A stretch of 48,755 nt of DNA, counting the filler, from Bipalium vagum (lineage: Eukaryota): the NCBI GenBank assembly GCA_037834085.1. It is 2 parts of 2 records of this genome, joined end to end, with 100 filler letters (N's around TTAATTAATTAA, not from the genome) between each part and the next. Parts side by side here need not be neighbours in the genome. Positions count along the whole stretch, not along the records: positions 27,029 to 48,755 come from JBBMKC010232726.1; 1 more part is not named here. One strand, 5' to 3'. Under the pieces are notes generated by a model. The model did not search any database and was not told the origin of the DNA. It saw only the letters and a list, made by a program, of their open reading frames with translations. Of the stretch, positions 34,449 to 47,554 are shown in pieces. How positions within the stretch are numbered: position 1 is the first letter of the stretch; each line of letters begins with the position of its first letter. The translations under genes were made by a program, and so were the position numbers.

Positions 34449-37089
34449 AATCTAATCTTTATGATGTAGCAAGTTTACTTCAGTCACTTTTTTCAGAATT
34501 CTCACCATTTTCCTCATATCTGATTAATGATTTAATTTCAAACATATTTCTCAATCTCTTCTATCGTGGGAATTCACTTCATGCTAACAATACATCATGT
34601 ATAGCAGTTAATTCCATATAGTGTCAACATAGCTTCCACTGGTGCCTCAAACTCTCAACCAAAAAACACAATTGTTCACCCAAAGGCACCTCTCATTGGT
34701 AAAGGACCACAGAAGGTTTTATTAATAATAATAATAATAATTTTATTTTTTGAACTTCAATGAGAATGATTGCATAGTAGTAATTTTACCTTGACGTCAG
34801 TGAATAAAAGTAATGAAAATTTTTTTACGATGAAGTATAAAAGCTAACTATTAAATATTGGCCGACAGAAAGAAAAATTATTGAAAATATAGTTCCCTAG
34901 ATTAATTTTTTAATTCGCTGTGAAGACGACAGAGAATGAAGATTTAAGAAGACTTTAATTTGTAAGTTTATTCTTTGTTGTCGAGGGAATTGTAGTCAAC
35001 TCCGTATACATCGATCATCTTTAGACCACAAAGTGTCTAAGTGACGACCCAAGGGATAATTAAAACGTGTTGGCTAGAGGATTTTGTTGATTTTCATCCT
35101 AACAATTTCTTTTTGTTTTGGCTATCATTGAGTTTAATGTTATTATTCATTTTGAAAATTAATAACTATTTATAATGGAGCATAATTTAATATGTAGTCG
35201 ACTGATTTTTGTTGTATTTTATTCTGATATCATACATATTTTTGTGGTTCGAGCTGATTTTTGTTACAACTAATGGTCAAAAGTCAAACTAAAACGTGTA
35301 CTACAGTGTTAACTTAAAGATTTAAGTTCGTATTAACAAAATCCTCATGAATGCAACACAATATGAGAATATACTGCATTCCCACCAGGGATTCTATATT
35401 GCAAGGACTTATTCAATAGTTGAAAATATTCATGATGATTGTTTGGAAGATATCTAAATATTTTTATCATAGAATAAATTTTTAATATATAAATGTAATA
35501 TTCTCATGTTGGTGAGTTTATTTAATAGTAAACATAATTATGTTTAATAATTCATATCCCTTCATGAACATTTTGTTAAGAAAATCAATCTAATAATAAT
35601 CTTCTAAAATGAATGGCTTGTAGGCTTGTATATTTCATATTTTCATTTGTAATGCAAATTTTTTTTCCAAGCATTACTATATTTATAAGTTTTTGTATTT
35701 GAAACAGGGAAAGTTTTTGAGCCTTATTAAAAATAAATTCGAAATTGTTACGCCCATAATTTAAGCATATTACTTACTACTAATCATTTTTCAAAAATTC
35801 AAACGAAATTTTTTTACAGGGAGAGGATATTTTTGAAAATAAACTAAGGTACTTGTGAAGACTTCTAATCCTAAAACCAAATTCAGTATAAAATAAAAGA
35901 AAAACCAAGAAGCGAAAATCAACCAAAATGTGGATCTAAAAACAGATTGACTAGTTTGATGCATTACAAAAAAACAAAGTTACTAAAACAGTAACGAAAA
36001 TTTAAAATTTCAGAAGTTAAAACTAGTTACTAACAAAAAAACAAAAAAGGTAAATAATAAGAATTATGATCTATAACAATCATCACCAAATTATTTTATT
36101 AACAATATAAAAGCCTGAGAAAATTTGTCACAATACAGAAAAAAAGTTCGTAATGAAATAGAATATGATAATTCAAAAGTAGCTTTCACAAAAAATATCA
36201 GTTAGTATTCAGTACAAAGAATTTTAGTCAAATGAATAAATAAACAACCATGATTAATAAGATAAATACAAAATTCGATTAGGCAAGTCAATACCATTGA
36301 CGAGGACCTATAAAAAAAATCCAAATCATTATATTGCAGTCATTTACTTTTTAAGCGTAAGTTAAGTTTTCTTTTCCTTTTTAAATAAGAAATTATCAAA
36401 TATCCACCGTAAATAATTAAATTATTTATTCGGGAGTTTTGATTTAATAATAAAAAAATACTTAATCCATCACTAATAAATTTAGCAAGTAGAAGTCTCA
36501 CTAAATATTATAATTTACCAGGAGTTTGATATTATCTTATAATGTAACTAATATAAATAAATACTAAATGGGTTCTTTCTTTGTCCACTTAATAAATATA
36601 TAAAATTCCATTTGACCCAAGTTCAGAATCTCAACACTATTAAGTGAAGATTTGTAGCTTTCCTAAGGACCTAACTAAACTATCATTATTCATTTAAGGT
36701 ATCTTATCTTTAACTAACAAAGAGAAGTCATTTAAAAATTTTAGAAAAAGTATTTTTTTCATAAAATAGTTATTTAATTAAAAATATATCGTAGTAAACT
36801 GAAGCACATCATTCTTTCAGTTATTTTAAATAATAATTAGTCTGTGTTGAATTGTGAAAGAGTTAGTTGAAGTATCCTATCTCCTAAATCATTAACTCAA
36901 CAAACCGAGAAAATTTTTGACCACCCTGAAAATGTCAATTTCAATCAATTTAGATAATTTTTCTTCAAAATATTTTTCGAGTAAAATGTTTATTATTAAT
37001 TTTTTTTACTTATATGTATTACATTTAGATTTTTGTTCACAACATTATATTTTCACCCCTAGATAAAAGAACAACACGTAACTATAGTT

Positions 37090-37330
37090 ATCAACTTCAT
37101 TGCCTCTATATTTTTAATCACTTTTAATAATTCCTCGTTCGTTGGTATTTATTAAGAAAACTCTTCGTATTTGGTCCAATAAATGACAGACATTTTCTAG
37201 ATGTTCTCCATTATGTTTAAGCCTATAGATCCAGTAAGCCATAACACTAAACCAAGCGCAATAGCCATTAATTCTTTAACTATCTTTGTCATATGTATTT
37301 AAGAATTATACTGATGGAATCAGAAATTAT
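37090..37330 (-). mobile_element. Tc1-like C-terminal relic
   Basis: HMTKIVKELM..VLWLTGSIGLNIMENI* resembles H..K.VKEW..WP..SPDLNIIENIW. Confidence 0.45.
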
Positions 37331-39068
37331 TACTATAAATCAACTTACAAATGGGTGTACAAAAGTTTTGTAAAGTAGGTCTATGTATGTATTGAAGTTT
37401 CTATTTAATATTCCATATGATAACAGATCATTTGGCAGAAATGTGAGTTATATGGGAATCAAGTGATTAAAGGAGTTGCTCCGATAAAAATGGTTCACAT
37501 TGAGAAAATACCAGGTTAGGAAGAAGGTACCAGCGGAGCAGACCATTTAATAAAAAAAGTAGTGAAGATTTCCGAGGTATAAACTTATAAAATTAAGTAT
37601 TCATTTTCGAAGTATTTGCTGCAATTAATTATCAATATTCACACATAGAGCTTTAATCTCAGATTTTTTATTAAGATAAAGAAAAAAGGACATGGGAGGG
37701 AAATCAGATATTTTCTGCCTCTAAGCAGAGAAGAAATTTATTATTATTATTTTTTAATATCTTTCTATGAAACTAATCAGTTCCCAGATACGGATAATTT
37801 GAATAATCAAGGTCAGCACTCAATTCAGTTGTTGAGATATGAGTTAAAATAAATAAAATAAATAATTGTGTTTAGGTAAAAATTCATCCTAAAAATTTGG
37901 TTTTTAATTTTGAAAGCAAAACTGAAAATTTTTAATTTTGAGAAGTCGAATAATTTTTAGTTTGAAACCAAAAGTGGATATAATATAATATTAAATAAAA
38001 ATATAAAAGTATTAGATAGATTTTGAAAAAGTTGAGAACTGATTTTGAAAATGATAATGACATATAAGAAATTTTCGTTGTGTCCTGTTCTCTTATATTG
38101 GTGATTATGCTCGAGCACCGACTAGGTTTTGAAAGGTCGAAGAGTGTAATCTTCAAAGGAATCTGGACTAAAGTCAGTATTTCATATACAACCTATTTTT
38201 CCTTGACTTAATTTTCAATTTTTTTCTTTTATGAACTAGTTTATATAGTATTGATTAACTTTAGTGATCTGTTGGTAGTAGTTAAGTAGTTTAGAGTATT
38301 CGAGAAGCCATTGTGATATATTGGTATCAGGAGTCGTGAAGTGTTTGATTTAGAACCACGACCACGAAATCCAATCGATATATATTGCTGTATATCTAAT
38401 TAAATTTAATAAACTAATCTCCTTAAATATATATCAATTTTAGCTTTTAACACAATAATAAATACTTTTATGTTTTAAATATACTTGGCAATGGTAATAG
38501 TAAGGTCAACGTGACAGTCTTTGATTACTTCAATTATTTCACCCAATCGTTTTATACTGTAGCACTCTCTAATCAAACACCTCTATGATCATTATAATCT
38601 GCATTTTCCTTCGAAATAATTCGTTGAAGAATATTAAATATAATTATATGTTCTTTTGAATTGTTTTTCCAATAATCGGTGAGCATTCATGTTATTAATA
38701 AAAAAAATTTTCCTCTTTCTGAATTATAATAAGCTTAGCAGATTTCAACAATTACAAATTACATGTAATTAAAATTTTTAATATATTGCTTTCAAACTTT
38801 CATCTAAAATGATAAAAATAAGATTTTAAATTATCAGTGTAGTTTAGAGTAATTGTTACTGTCTATTTCTCAGAACAGTCAATTGGAGTCTTATACTGTT
38901 AATATTTTGAATGTTAGTCAAGAGCATTATTTATTTGACTTCAAAACTCTAAAGTTTTGGTGAGCAACGCGAGTAATAATATATCTCGAAGGTTTCTCAG
39001 GTCTAATTAAGTACCCATAGACTTTTATAACCATCGCTCATTATAAATAAATGAAAAATTAGATTTTA

Positions 39069-39520
39069 CAGGGTGCAATAAAAGTTCGGAAGCTTTTGAA
39101 ATTTTATTTAACCATATTTTAATTATAAAAATAAACGGATAACAAGATAAAGACATACATAAAATTTTATTTATGCAAAGTCCTTTACCAAATATATTTA
39201 ATTAGCGTCTACAAAAGCTCAAACACAATAAGAATTGGTCAATGAAGCGCATACTGTTTTTTCGTCTAATTTATTTTACAACCCTTACCAATTTGTGCTT
39301 CAAAGACTCAACCAATTTGTTAGACTTTGGCACAAACCTATGCAACAGGAATTCCTCATACGGAGGGATTCGAGGGAATTTAAATCTATGTAATTGGTAA
39401 ATTCAGAAAAATTCTATTTGCAAAACTTTTGTATTATTGTTGGTTGATCAGAAAATCGAAAATCATGATGAAGAATGACAGTTTTTCTCTGGCTTCAATT
39501 TTTATCTTAAAGTAAGATAA
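39069..39520 (-). mobile_element. DD37D (maT-like) 3' relic
   Basis: Terminus TA|CAGGGTGCAATAAAAGTTCGGAAGC at 39069. Minus-strand fragments LVESLKHKLVR and DEKTVCAS resemble maT C-termini. Confidence 0.55.
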
Positions 39521-39720
39521 TTATAATTAATTTGTTACAAAAAGATATTTTTGTTAGTTTCAGAAATTGAATATCTTATACAATTTGAGGACCATTTACT
39601 TCATTTTTATTAAATTCTAAAGAAATTAAAAACGTGAAACTTTGAATATTTAAACAAATCCAGACTTTGGCCAGCTATATGGAATTTCACCCCAAACATT
39701 TATTATGATTGTGATATGAA

Positions 39721-40880
39721 AGGGTGGTAACAAATAATGACACTATATTTGATCATTCATAATATGACTTTTCGCGAAAATTACTCAATGAGTAAAATCT
39801 CATTAAAAAGCCTTTGTTTTCCTTTTTGTATTGTTAATGATAAAAGAAATTCCATTTAAACAAGAAGAGCTTCTAAAACGATTTTGAAATTTCTAGAAGG
39901 GAATAAAGAATTTGTTAAATATTCACTGTCAACCCTTTCATAGCTGAAGGTGTACCAAGACTCACCATTTATCGCATCTTGAATCGAGATAACGCGATAT
40001 GGAAATCTGAATTTTGTCGAATGGCCATTATAATGACGAAAAATGTGCAAAAGCTTAAATCAAAATTCAACAAGATGGTGTGATCCAACGAAAAGCGGCT
40101 AAAAAATTTAATTGCGATACATCAGAAAAGTGCTGAAAAAGCTTAATATTAAATGCAAAACAAAAAGAAGTTTCCAGAATACACTCAGGAGCAGATTTTG
40201 ATGGTAAAATCACACTGTCGGTGGATTATACGAAATTTTGGCAAAAAGATCTTTGTTTTGGATGATGAACAATAATTTTTTCTAAACGCGCCACAAATTC
40301 CGGGAAACGATATTTTATTTGAAAAACATACCTGCTGCTAGTTTCCAATTGCAATACAAATTCAACAAAAAGTTTAAGCCAAAAGTTAAGCTTAACATTT
40401 GTTTCAGAAAAATTATTCTCAAAGCCTGATGGTTTGGATATCAATCAAGAAGTTTATCATGAGCAATATTTACAAAAGATTATGATTCCTTTTATTCAAA
40501 GTCATCATTCGAAAGACGATTACGTATTCTGACCTGACAAAACGTCTTCTCATTATGTCAAAACATTGCAGTTTCTCGAGTGTTAAAACAGAAAGAACGA
40601 AATCTCACAAATTAGCCAATTAACTCAATTAGTGTATACCAATAGCTGGAAAGCTAAAAACATTCAAGAATTGGATAATCGAATTAATTCTACACTAAAA
40701 AATCGATACAATCGACGCAGATATATTTCAACAAATTCAAGGTTACTGACCATGGACCATTTAAATTGATTCATTGATTGTTATTAATAATTAAAAAGTT
40801 GTACTTTTAAATAAAAAATATTGCTTTTTGTTTTAATTTTTGAGTTATCAGACTTAGTGCCATTTTGTTGTCACCACCAA
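39721..40880 (+). mobile_element. Near full-span decayed ITm DD37E-like transposon with both TIRs
   Basis: Left TIR GGTGGTAACAAATAATGACACTATATTTGATCATTCA matches the reverse complement of the right end, GGTGGTGACAACAAAATGGCACTAAGTCTGATAACTCA. Peptide relics FIAEGVPRLTIYRIL, FVLDDE, GLDINQEVY..YLQKIMIPFIQSHH, YVF*PDKTSSHY (cf. FWPDLASSHY). Confidence 0.85.
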
Positions 40881-40909
40881 TTATGTTATGTTATCAGTAG
40901 TATAGAAAA

Positions 40910-41972
40910 TGTAAGGCCCTAGGACAAAAAAGGTTTTTAAAATTTTCACATCTTTAAAACTTCTCTTTTTTTCACATTTTCTTAATTTCAGTACATTTTC
41001 TCACCTCAAAATAAAATATATTTTTAAAATTCATTTTTTCTCTAAAATGTAAGATTTCTTTGTTATTAGAGATTTCACAGATTACAAACACAATAGGTTC
41101 ATTTTTTGAAAATGTTTCAATGAATTTAATTATAAAAAACTAAAAGAAAGAAAATGTTAATTTTATTTTTAATAGAAAGAAAAGTTATACAAGAATTCAA
41201 AACAACATTTAGAACTGATAATTTTAATTTAGTTCAACAGGATTTATATTTCAAATGTTAGAAAAACTTGAAAGAAAACACTGAAAAAATGCAATAAAAA
41301 AGCACAAAAATTATCATACGTTAAATTACTTGAAATAAAAATATACTCTTAAAAAGTAATTTTATTTTTAAAGAGTAATTTAATAATAATAAGTAGTTAT
41401 AAAATAAAGATAAAAAGAAAACCAATAATCTTAAGAGTTAAGATTTTTTAAAGAATAATATCCTTGTCAAGATCACCAAAAAAATATAATAGAAGAAAGA
41501 TTTCTCCAGAATATAGTCCTCAAAAAGCATGCAAGAAATTCAGTATTAATTATTGTACAAAGGAGATTATGATCCGAGGAAGACTTATAATTCGAAGGAG
41601 AATTATTTTTCAGACAGAAAAGACTTATAATTCAGAGATGACTTACTATTCAAGTATTTTTCTCATATTTTCCTTTTGCTTGGGATTATGTTTAAATTCC
41701 CCACCAAAATTGCTACCTGTGAGTAACCGTAAGGATTCAGCTGATAGTTTGGGAATTTAGACCGAAGATGAACTGTAAGATTGTTTTTATTTTTCCTTAT
41801 TTTTAAAATTATAATTATTATTAACTTTATTTTAGTTTTCTTTAATTAATTGATTTTTATTTATTATTTGAGACATTTGGGACAATTTAAACATTTTTAT
41901 TTTTGTTATTCACACGTTATATAAATACAATATATTGCTTTACTGATTGTTGTTATTTTGCACAACCTAACA
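40910..41972 (+). mobile_element. Solo-LTR-like element
   Basis: Termini TGTAAGG...CCTAACA (6/7 inverted); non-coding, with alternating T-rich and A-rich blocks; TSD not evident. Confidence 0.45.
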
Positions 41973-42699
41973 TTCGAAATCAAGTTAAATTTGATACTCT
42001 AAATATAGAACAAATATTAAAAATGCTTCACACCAACTTTTAGGCGTCACCTGTTTTATTATCAATATTAGAAACCAATATAAAAAATTATAAAAAATTA
42101 GAATGTAATCCAAATCTTAAAAATATTTATATGCAAGATAAAGGAAGTAAGGAAAACAACAATTAAACTGTAATGTTTTATAATTCACATCACTAAGATA
42201 ATTATCAATATTATTTATGTAATTAGTATCTCCATTTATGCTTGATTTCTTTTTTAGAACGCTCTAAAAAATGTATTTGTGAATTAGCCATAGTTTTGGA
42301 AACTATATTGTGCATATTAACTAACGGGTTATAGAATTTAATTCACAAAATATTTGAATGTTAAGTTGGTACGCGATATATCCAATGAAATTGAAATAAA
42401 TTACAATACTGTTGCAGCAATTATCTGAAAATATAAAACTACTGGATTTATAAAATCAGAAAAACGAATTGTGGAAGAAAGAAAATTCTAAATAGCTCAG
42501 ATAGTGATATTTTAAAATAAAGTACTGCTTCCGACACTCTTCTTTAAAAGAAATGAAAATAAGAAAAGTATATATATACTATCTGCAACTAACTTCATTT
42601 ATAAGATATTTCGAATTTTAAAGAAGTATGACACTTACTTATTGAAAAATAACTTTAATCAAATCTACAGTATATTAATCTAAGAATCGAATAGCATAA

Positions 42700-43700
42700 A
42701 GATCAAAAACAATATTTTCAAAAATCTATAAATTTAGGTTTGAAAAACTCAGGATATTAAAACCACAAGAATTATTCGCATGATTATATTTATGACATAT
42801 AAACAAAAAAGTATTAAATTTAACTGACATGTCTAATAGTTTATTGGTCTTCCTTTCTAATTCCTTTCCTTTCTTATTAAGCACCATTTGACATCTATTA
42901 GGCCATTTTTTTGCCATTCTTCTGAGATACCCTTTTAACATTTCTTTTCCGGTCGTCTCCCTATCTCTGAGTTATCTTTTTAAGTAGGCCCATAAATTCT
43001 CAATAGAATTCATTTTCGGTGATTGACTAACCCATTTCATGACCTCAATACCTGTATTTTAGAGCCACTTTGTCACAATCTGCACTACTTGTTTCGGATC
43101 CCTATCATACTAAGCTTAAAATTATTTTCCATACCAAGTTGTTTGACGGTTTGCACCAATTTTCCATTCAAAATGTTAAGTTAGTCTTCTTTTTTTCATT
43201 CTGGATGAAATGTAATTTCCCCACTCCTGCACTTGAAAAACATCACCATACTGTGTTCCAATCCATGTGATCAGTCAGAGGTTTTCTGGTCCACTTCACC
43301 TTTTCTTTGGTATTTTTCTTAGAAACGAAAGGTTTTTATTTGGTCAGCTGACCGTGTAAACCGATCTCTCTCAGTCAGTTTCTAATAGTTGATAGCAAGA
43401 CAGTTATATTATTTTCTTTGTTCAATTGCATAGAGTGCAACCGCCGACGCACGCCGATTTTCTTTGAACCATCTCTTAATAATCCTATCTTCCCTGACAG
43501 TTTTTATTTTTCGCCGACCACTCCGAGATAGAATTAAGAAGGTGCCCTTACGGAAATATTTATTCACAATGGGTTGAACAGTTGACTTTGGACATTGCAA
43601 CATGCTGGAGATTTGACAAAAGCTGATTTTATTATTTCTTATTATTTAAGAATTGCATTTCTGAAATCACCTGAGTGTTCTTTTGACCTATATACCATTA
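42700..43700 (-). mobile_element. Decayed Tc1 (DD34E) transposon
   Basis: MVYRSKEHSGDFRNAIL, LQCPKSTVQPIVNKY..SRSGRRKIKTVREDRII, WCFSSAGVGKLHFI, DRDPK, IEVMKWVSQSPKMNSIENLWAYLK; frameshifts and stops. Confidence 0.9.
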
Positions 43701-44488
43701 TAATGTTTTTATTGCTGAAAGAAATCGGAGTTCATTAAGATTACCTTTTTCTGATGTAAAAGTAATAATTAGTTAATAATAACTATTTACTTTTATTTAA
43801 AATATATGGGTGAATAAATACAAATATTATTAAAACAAAATGATATGAATAATACTGTTAGAATAATATCAGATGCAAAGAAATTATATAATTTGGTATT
43901 GAGTCAAAACTTACCAATTGGAGATTGAAAATGAGAAAAAATAGGATCTTTTATTGAATGTTATTTAGAATAAAACAATGAAAAAGTTCTAAACACAATT
44001 AATTTTCCTAACGAAAGGAAGCAGAGGAAAACCCAACACTAACATGGGAAGATTAAATAGCAGATGAGGATATTATATTACTATCAGAAACCATTGACCT
44101 GACTTAAGAAGTAACCGAAAATGTAAGTATGCCAAATCTAGTCAAGAGCGGAGAAATCGGTAACTGTTAAAATCTTCATTAGTATTTCAAGTTATGAGAA
44201 TGGTAGATAACATTACAATCAACAAGTCCATAGGACGAATTGCTGCTAATAAATGATATTATGAAAAAGAGTGAGTAGGCACAATAAACCGAAGAAATTG
44301 ATCAATAATCTCAGAGATAGTGATTTTCATCACCGTGGTTTGACAACACTGGTTAACGTAATGAAACCATTTTGGAGTCCAAAAAACTGTTATTTCTTTA
44401 TTACCTAAACATTCCTCTATATTCTTAACGAATTTTATTTTAATATGTCAAAAACAAATAAATAATAGTTGTTTATTTACATCAATTA

Positions 44489-45844
44489 TTAGGTGTACAA
44501 CTATGACTTCGGCTTTTTTTAAAAAATGATAATAAAAATTTTGTTTGCATTCAAATAAAAAAGTATTACCTACTTTATATCTTTATTGTTTGTTAAAATA
44601 TTTAAAATGAAAGTATGTTAACATACATAATAAACACCCTGTATATCTAAATTATATTGAATTGATTTATAAAAAAAATATCATATAATTAATAATATCA
44701 CGACACAGTTGTTTTAATATTCCTTGTTTAAATATTATAGCGATTCAAAATGTCAATATTCATCCAAAATAAACATTTGCAGGAAGTAATTCTACATTAC
44801 TTTATTGTCAAGACTCTGCAGCGAAAGCGTACCACTTGCTTCGAGATATCTATGGAAAACATGCTCTTTGGATGACCACATATGAAGATTGGTTTTGCCG
44901 TTTTAGAAATAGCCAATGTGATCAGAACGACAAGGAGCATTGACAGCCACAAAAAATGTGAAGATAGAGATTTGAGAAGGTTGTTGGACAAAGAACTATG
45001 CCAAACACAATCTGATCTGGCTTTCGCATTAAATGTGACTCAAAAATGCATTTCAAAACGTCTAGCAGCTTTAGGAATTATTCGAAAATTAGGCATTTTG
45101 ATCCCATATGAATTGACAAAAAGATGCATTGAACGACGAAAAACAATTTAGGATGTCCTTCTTCAGAGACAAAAAAAAGTTTTTTGCATCCAATTATCAC
45201 AGGAGACAAAAAAATGGATTCGTTATGACAATCCAAAATGCAAAGCAGCTTGGGTGATGCCAGGTGAACCCGGTCCATCAACACCGAAATAAAATGTCCA
45301 CGGTTTGAAAGTTATGTTGTATATCTGGTGGGATCAGAAAGGAGTGATCTATTATGAATTTTTAAAATCTTCTCAAACACTAACTGGTGAACTTTACGGA
45401 TCACAATTAATTCGTTTGAAGCAAGCTTTGAATGAAAAACGACCGGAATGGGTGACACGACACGAAAAGATAATTTTACAACATGATAACGCAATACCAC
45501 ATGTTAATTCAGTTGTAAATAATTACTTAGAAGGTACAAAGTTGGAAGTCTTACCTCACCAGACCTATTCACCAGACATCGCTCCTTCGGATTACCATTT
45601 CTTCCGCTCTTTGCAATCAGCACTTTCGGAGAGCGGTTCAGTTCCCTTGAAGATCTCCAAAATTGGATTTACAGCTGTATTTCATCAAAAGAGCCAGAGT
45701 TTTTCTGTCATGGAATTCATTCGTTACCTGAAAGGTTGTAGCTTCCAATGGAACATATTTTCAATAAATGCTTTTAAATAAAATTTGTAATAAATGTCTT
45801 TGGCTTCTTATTAAAAAAAGCCAGAGTCATAATTGTGCACATAA
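44489..45844 (+). mobile_element. Full-span mariner, mauritiana (Mos1-like) subfamily, pseudogenised transposase
   Basis: TIRs TTAGGTGTACAACTATGACTTCGGC / GCCAGAGTCATAATTGTGCACATAA (21/25), TA on the left and CA on the right, 1356 bp. ORF from ATG 44750 is broken but reads QTQSDLAFALNVTQKCISKRL, IPYEL, FLHPIITGDKKWIRYDNPK, KVMLYIWWDQKGVIYYE, ILQHDNAIPH, LPHQTYSPDIAPSDYHFFRSL. Confidence 0.95.
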
Positions 45845-46712
45845 CAATTGAACTTTTTACGATTTTTTAAAATGTCTACTACAGAGCAAAGAAGTTGCAT
45901 TAAATTTTGTTCAAAAAATGAAATCAGTGCCTCCAAAACTTTGTAATTGATGCAGACAGCATATCCAGAAAAAATATATTTAAGTGGTATAAATTGTTCG
46001 GAAATGGTCATGAATTCATAGAAGATGAAGCTCGTTCTGGTCGTCCATCAAAATCGATAAGAAAGGAAATGTACTAACAATTCAGAGTAAGAGAGCTTGT
46101 AGGTCATTGGGTTTTTTGCAAAAACAACATCATGTTTTTATTTTAGCAAGTAACAACTGATCCAAAATTCATCAGGCGTATTATTACTGGTAACGAGACA
46201 CTGGATTACCAGTTTGATATGCTGGCAAATCAACAGTTTAGTGAATGGTGAACTCTGAACCATGAACTAAAAGAATTCGATAAACGAATAAAAAATCAAT
46301 ACTATTGACAGTTTTATGGATTATCGTGGTGTAGTTCATCATGAATTTCTTGCAGGAGGTTGTACCGTAAATAAAGATTATTATTTACAAGTTATGCGTG
46401 GTTTACATGAAGTGATTCGTCCAAAATCATCACACCACGAAAAACCCTCTTCTCATAATAAAATTATTATCAGTGAGGTGTTAGCCAAAAATTCAACAAA
46501 TGTTATTCTACATGCACCATATTCTCCAGATATGTCACCTTGCGACTTCTATCTGTTCAATCGATACCCACTTCGAAGAACCAGGTTTGATTCAGTTGAA
46601 TCAATAAAACAAAAGTCGAACATGAACATTCCGAAACGTGCTTTTGGAATTGGATTAAACGTTGACGCAATTTTGGTAATTAAATAAATATTGTTTTATT
46701 TTGACAGTCACC
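45845..46712 (+). mobile_element. Decayed mariner, irritans-like subfamily
   Basis: ATG 45872 gives MSTTEQRSCIKFCSKNEISASKTL, then EDEARSGRPS, IRRIITGNET, DYRGVVHHEFLAGGCTVNKDYYLQVMRGL, HAPYSPDMSPCDFYLF; TIR-like end TTTTGACAGTCACC. Confidence 0.9.
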
Positions 46713-46732
46713 TTTTTTTTAACATAGTAATA

Positions 46733-47519
46733 TGTGAAGGGATCCACCAAACCCAAAAACTTTATATGACATAAAAATAATAATTTTTTTATTCTTCTTA
46801 ATTAAATTTAAAATATTAATATGGAAAAAAGGCATATTTACCAAATTTAAATCAAGATAAAACATTTGCTTAAAATAAATATTCGCTAGCAATCGCTAAC
46901 AATATTAGCAAAAATCGCGATAAAATTAGTAAATAAAAAATTAAACCAATCAGGAACGTCAAAGGCTGTAAAGGACTATATAAACCCTGTTTTCAGTCAT
47001 AAAATCCGACAAAAATATAAGGCTGAGACAAGACTCTTATACAATAATATTCGGTAAAAAAACTCTCTGATTTTAAGGCATAAAAGACAAATTAAATCAA
47101 AAGTTAATAATAATAATAAAACAAAAAATTAATTAAAACTAATAATTAATATAATTAAGCAAAAACCTCGGTAATTAAAGAAATTTCTTTACATTGTCGA
47201 TCCTTTTACAAATTTTTTATTTTCTTTTTTCTTGTTCACTTGTCAAAACCTATTCTACTAACCTCTAGGGTTTAGAGTAAGACATTTAGTACCGACAAAG
47301 GAACTCTTCGATTTTTTGATAATCAAGAGTGATCATAATAATTTTTTCTAATAAATAATAATAATAATATAATAATAAAGTGTGTTGGTGTTGTATTCAA
47401 AAGATTTGTAAATGAGTTTGTGATAAAGCAAATACATATTTTCAAACGGAAATTGTTACTTTGGTTTTTTAAAAATCTCCTATTAATTTCACTTCCTTCA
47501 GAGAAGTTGGTGAGTCACA
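46733..47519 (+). mobile_element. Solo-LTR-like element
   Basis: Termini TGTGA...TCACA; TATA-like GACTATATAAACCC at about 46974; AATAAA about 47374 followed by a GT-rich tract; no ORF; TSD not evident. Confidence 0.5.
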
Positions 47520-47554
47520 TTAACTTAAAACTTGATAAAACATAAAGTTGAGGT

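Noticed and set aside
38200-38395. Candidate upstream FN3-gene exon (YTAIYIDW)
   Set aside because: An in-frame stop follows within a few codons, there is no suitable donor, and it lies beyond the assembly spacer.
45305-45781. 158-aa ORF as an active or domesticated transposase
   Set aside because: Upstream stops and frameshifts remove the HTH and first catalytic Asp from the frame, and the C-terminus is frameshifted.
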